The notes under the pieces are model-generated. The model searched no databases and had not been told where the DNA came from. It worked only from the letters and a program-made list of their open reading frames with translations. Shown in pieces: positions 16,168-17,330 of a DNA stretch of 17,330 nucleotides (positions are counted from its first letter, which is position 1; the number at the start of each line of letters is the position of its first letter). This stretch comes from Planctomycetota bacterium (GTDB taxonomy: Bacteria; Planctomycetota; Phycisphaerae; UBA1845; UTPLA1), in NCBI GenBank assembly GCA_043813895.1, contig JBDRKQ010000225.1:1-17330 (forward strand). Reading direction: 5' to 3'. Position numbers and translations under genes: made by a program.

Positions 16168-16195
16168 TTGCGGCCGCATCTTGTTGTGGTATAAG
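16168..16195 (+). promoter_or_regulatory. Candidate promoter for glyQS (TTGCGG-N16-TGgTATAAG, extended -10)
   Basis: Read directly. It would give a leader of about 155 nt containing two perfect small hairpins: GACCTT-g-AAGGTC and TGCGA-ca-TCGCA. Confidence 0.3.
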
Positions 16196-16355
16196 CAGTT
16201 AGAGGTTTGATGCGACTGGGCTTCGTTTGCCGGGGCTGCCGCCGCCTGCGACCTTGAAGGTCGGCCTCGGCGAGGCGGCGCGTGGACACGCAGAGTTCGA
16301 TAACAAACGCGGGCAACGTCGCGGCGAGGGTTGCGACATCGCAGAAAAGGACGCT

Positions 16356-17330
16356 ATGGCAAAGTCATCTGAGCGGATGGAGAAGATCGTGTCGCTGTGC
16401 AAGCGGCGCGGCTTCATCTTCCAGTCCAGCGAAATCTACGGCGGAATCAACGGCTTCTGGGACTACGGCCCCCTCGGCGTCGAGCTGAAGCGCAACGTCA
16501 AGGACGCCTGGTGGCACGACATGGTGACCAACCCCCCCACCGGCCCCGATGGCAAAGAACTCGCAATGGTCGGCCTCGACGCGGCGATCATCATGAACCC
16601 GAAGGTGTGGGAGGCATCGGGCCATGTCGGCGGTTTCAGCGATCCGATGGTGGACTGTCGCGAAACAAAGGCTCGATATCGAGCTGACACGTTGTGGTGT
16701 GGCGTCCTCTGGCATCCCGTGTCGGTCTCTCAAGCGTTCTACATAGCGGTAGTTGCGTCGGGTGCGGAAGAGGCGCGTACACTAGTCGAAGCAGAAATGG
16801 CTGGTCGCGAAATGAGGCAGCGACTCATCACAATCCGACGCAAGGACCTCGGAAGGCCCGATGTCAGCCAAAGCCGCACGGGACTCGAATTAGAGGAAGT
16901 CGAGCCATTCACAGCATTGGATGATCATATGCAGCTGAGAACATTTGCGCCTGGGGCTAAGGAGCCTGGGACCCTGACGGAGCCCCGTGAGTTCAATCTG
17001 ATGTTCCAGACGTACGTTGGCGCCTTATTGGATGAGGAAAGTAAAGCCTACCTCCGCCCCGAGACCGCCCAGGGCATCTTCGCCGACTACAAGAACGTCA
17101 TGGACAGCACGCGGATCAAGCTGCCCTTCGGCATTGCTCAAATCGGCAAGGCGTTTCGCAACGAGATCAACCCGCGGAACTATACGTTTCGTTCTCGCGA
17201 GTTCGAGCAGATGGAGATCGAGTTCTTCTGCAAAGACGACGAAGCGATGAAGTGGTGGGAGTATTGGCGGGATGTGCGGCTCAAGTGGTACACGGACCTG
17301 GGCCTGGCCGGTGACAACCTCCGCCCGCGC
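16356..17330 (+). CDS. glyQS: Glycyl-tRNA synthetase, alpha2 homodimeric (Thermus/actinobacterial/eukaryote-like) type; 5' partial, continues beyond the window end
   Basis: MAKSSERMEKIVSLCKRRGFIFQSSEIYGGINGFWDYGPLGVELK... and ...YLRPETAQGIFADYKNV...FGIAQIGKAFRNEINPRNYTFRSREFEQMEIEFF are near-identical to conserved class II GlyRS motifs 1 and 2. It is not in the ORF track because there is no stop in the window. Confidence 0.93.
   Translation, partial: MAKSSERMEKIVSLCKRRGFIFQSSEIYGGINGFWDYGPLGVELKRNVKDAWWHDMVTNPPTGPDGKELAMVGLDAAIIMNPKVWEASGHVGGFSDPMVDCRETKARYRADTLWCGVLWHPVSVSQAFYIAVVASGAEEARTLVEAEMAGREMRQRLITIRRKDLGRPDVSQSRTGLELEEVEPFTALDDHMQLRTFAPGAKEPGTLTEPREFNLMFQTYVGALLDEESKAYLRPETAQGIFADYKNVMDSTRIKLPFGIAQIGKAFRNEINPRNYTFRSREFEQMEIEFFCKDDEAMKWWEYWRDVRLKWYTDLGLAGDNLRPR

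Noticed and set aside
16200-16355. T-box riboswitch upstream of glyQS
   Set aside because: No T-box consensus (AGGGTGGNACCGCG) and no specifier-loop architecture is visible. Only two small generic hairpins are present.

Overview
This is a GC-rich bacterial chromosomal window of about 65-70% GC, with very high third-codon-position GC in the real genes. The gene content looks Planctomycetota-like: two PEP-CTERM proteins, several membrane-anchored proteins with C4 zinc ribbons, an NfeD-flotillin pair, an orphan pilT and the alpha2-type (Thermus-like) glycyl-tRNA synthetase. It is mostly housekeeping or envelope content, not an obvious mobile or defence island.

Gene order, with strand:
- 1..883 (-): a previously unlisted, 3'-truncated CBM9/DOMON-like CDS, translationally coupled to the permease upstream of it.
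- 887..4344 (-): a MacAB-like efflux operon read as adaptor (HlyD), then ABC ATPase, then FtsX/MacB permease.
- 4511..5329 (-): a lipoprotein with an esterase-like ALSAG motif.
- 5981..6592 (+): PEP-CTERM protein with a clean rho-independent terminator.
- 6922..8208 (+): Hanks-type Ser/Thr kinase with an N-terminal zinc ribbon and a C-terminal TM anchor.
- 8407..8898 (-): membrane protein with a C-terminal CxxCGYDL..CPECG zinc ribbon.
- 9087..9740 (-): second PEP-CTERM protein, with its own terminator.
- 10124..11467 (-): flotillin/SPFH protein.
- 11464..12237 (-): NfeD-like gene carrying an unusual Asp/His-rich repeat loop; its stop overlaps the flotillin start (GTGA).
- 12544..12849 (+): divergent small TM plus zinc-ribbon protein with a perfect SD.
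- 13129..14277 (+): PilT retraction ATPase.
- 14290..14901 (-): NapF-like protein with four [4Fe-4S] motifs.
- 15168..15650 (+): Fur-family regulator.
- 15651..16355: a 700-bp non-coding spacer containing a low-GC pocket.
- 16356..17330 (+): 5' part of glyQS.

Most notable non-genic signal: a 20-bp motif (GCAAGC[C/T]ACCAGTGGCACCC) occurs twice, once in the NfeD/small-zinc-ribbon divergent promoter region and once in the ferredoxin/fur divergent promoter region. I take this as a candidate shared regulatory site. The many long '+' ORFs in the supplied track that lie antisense to these genes are GC-driven shadow ORFs.

Coordinates counted by eye may be off by 1-2 nt.
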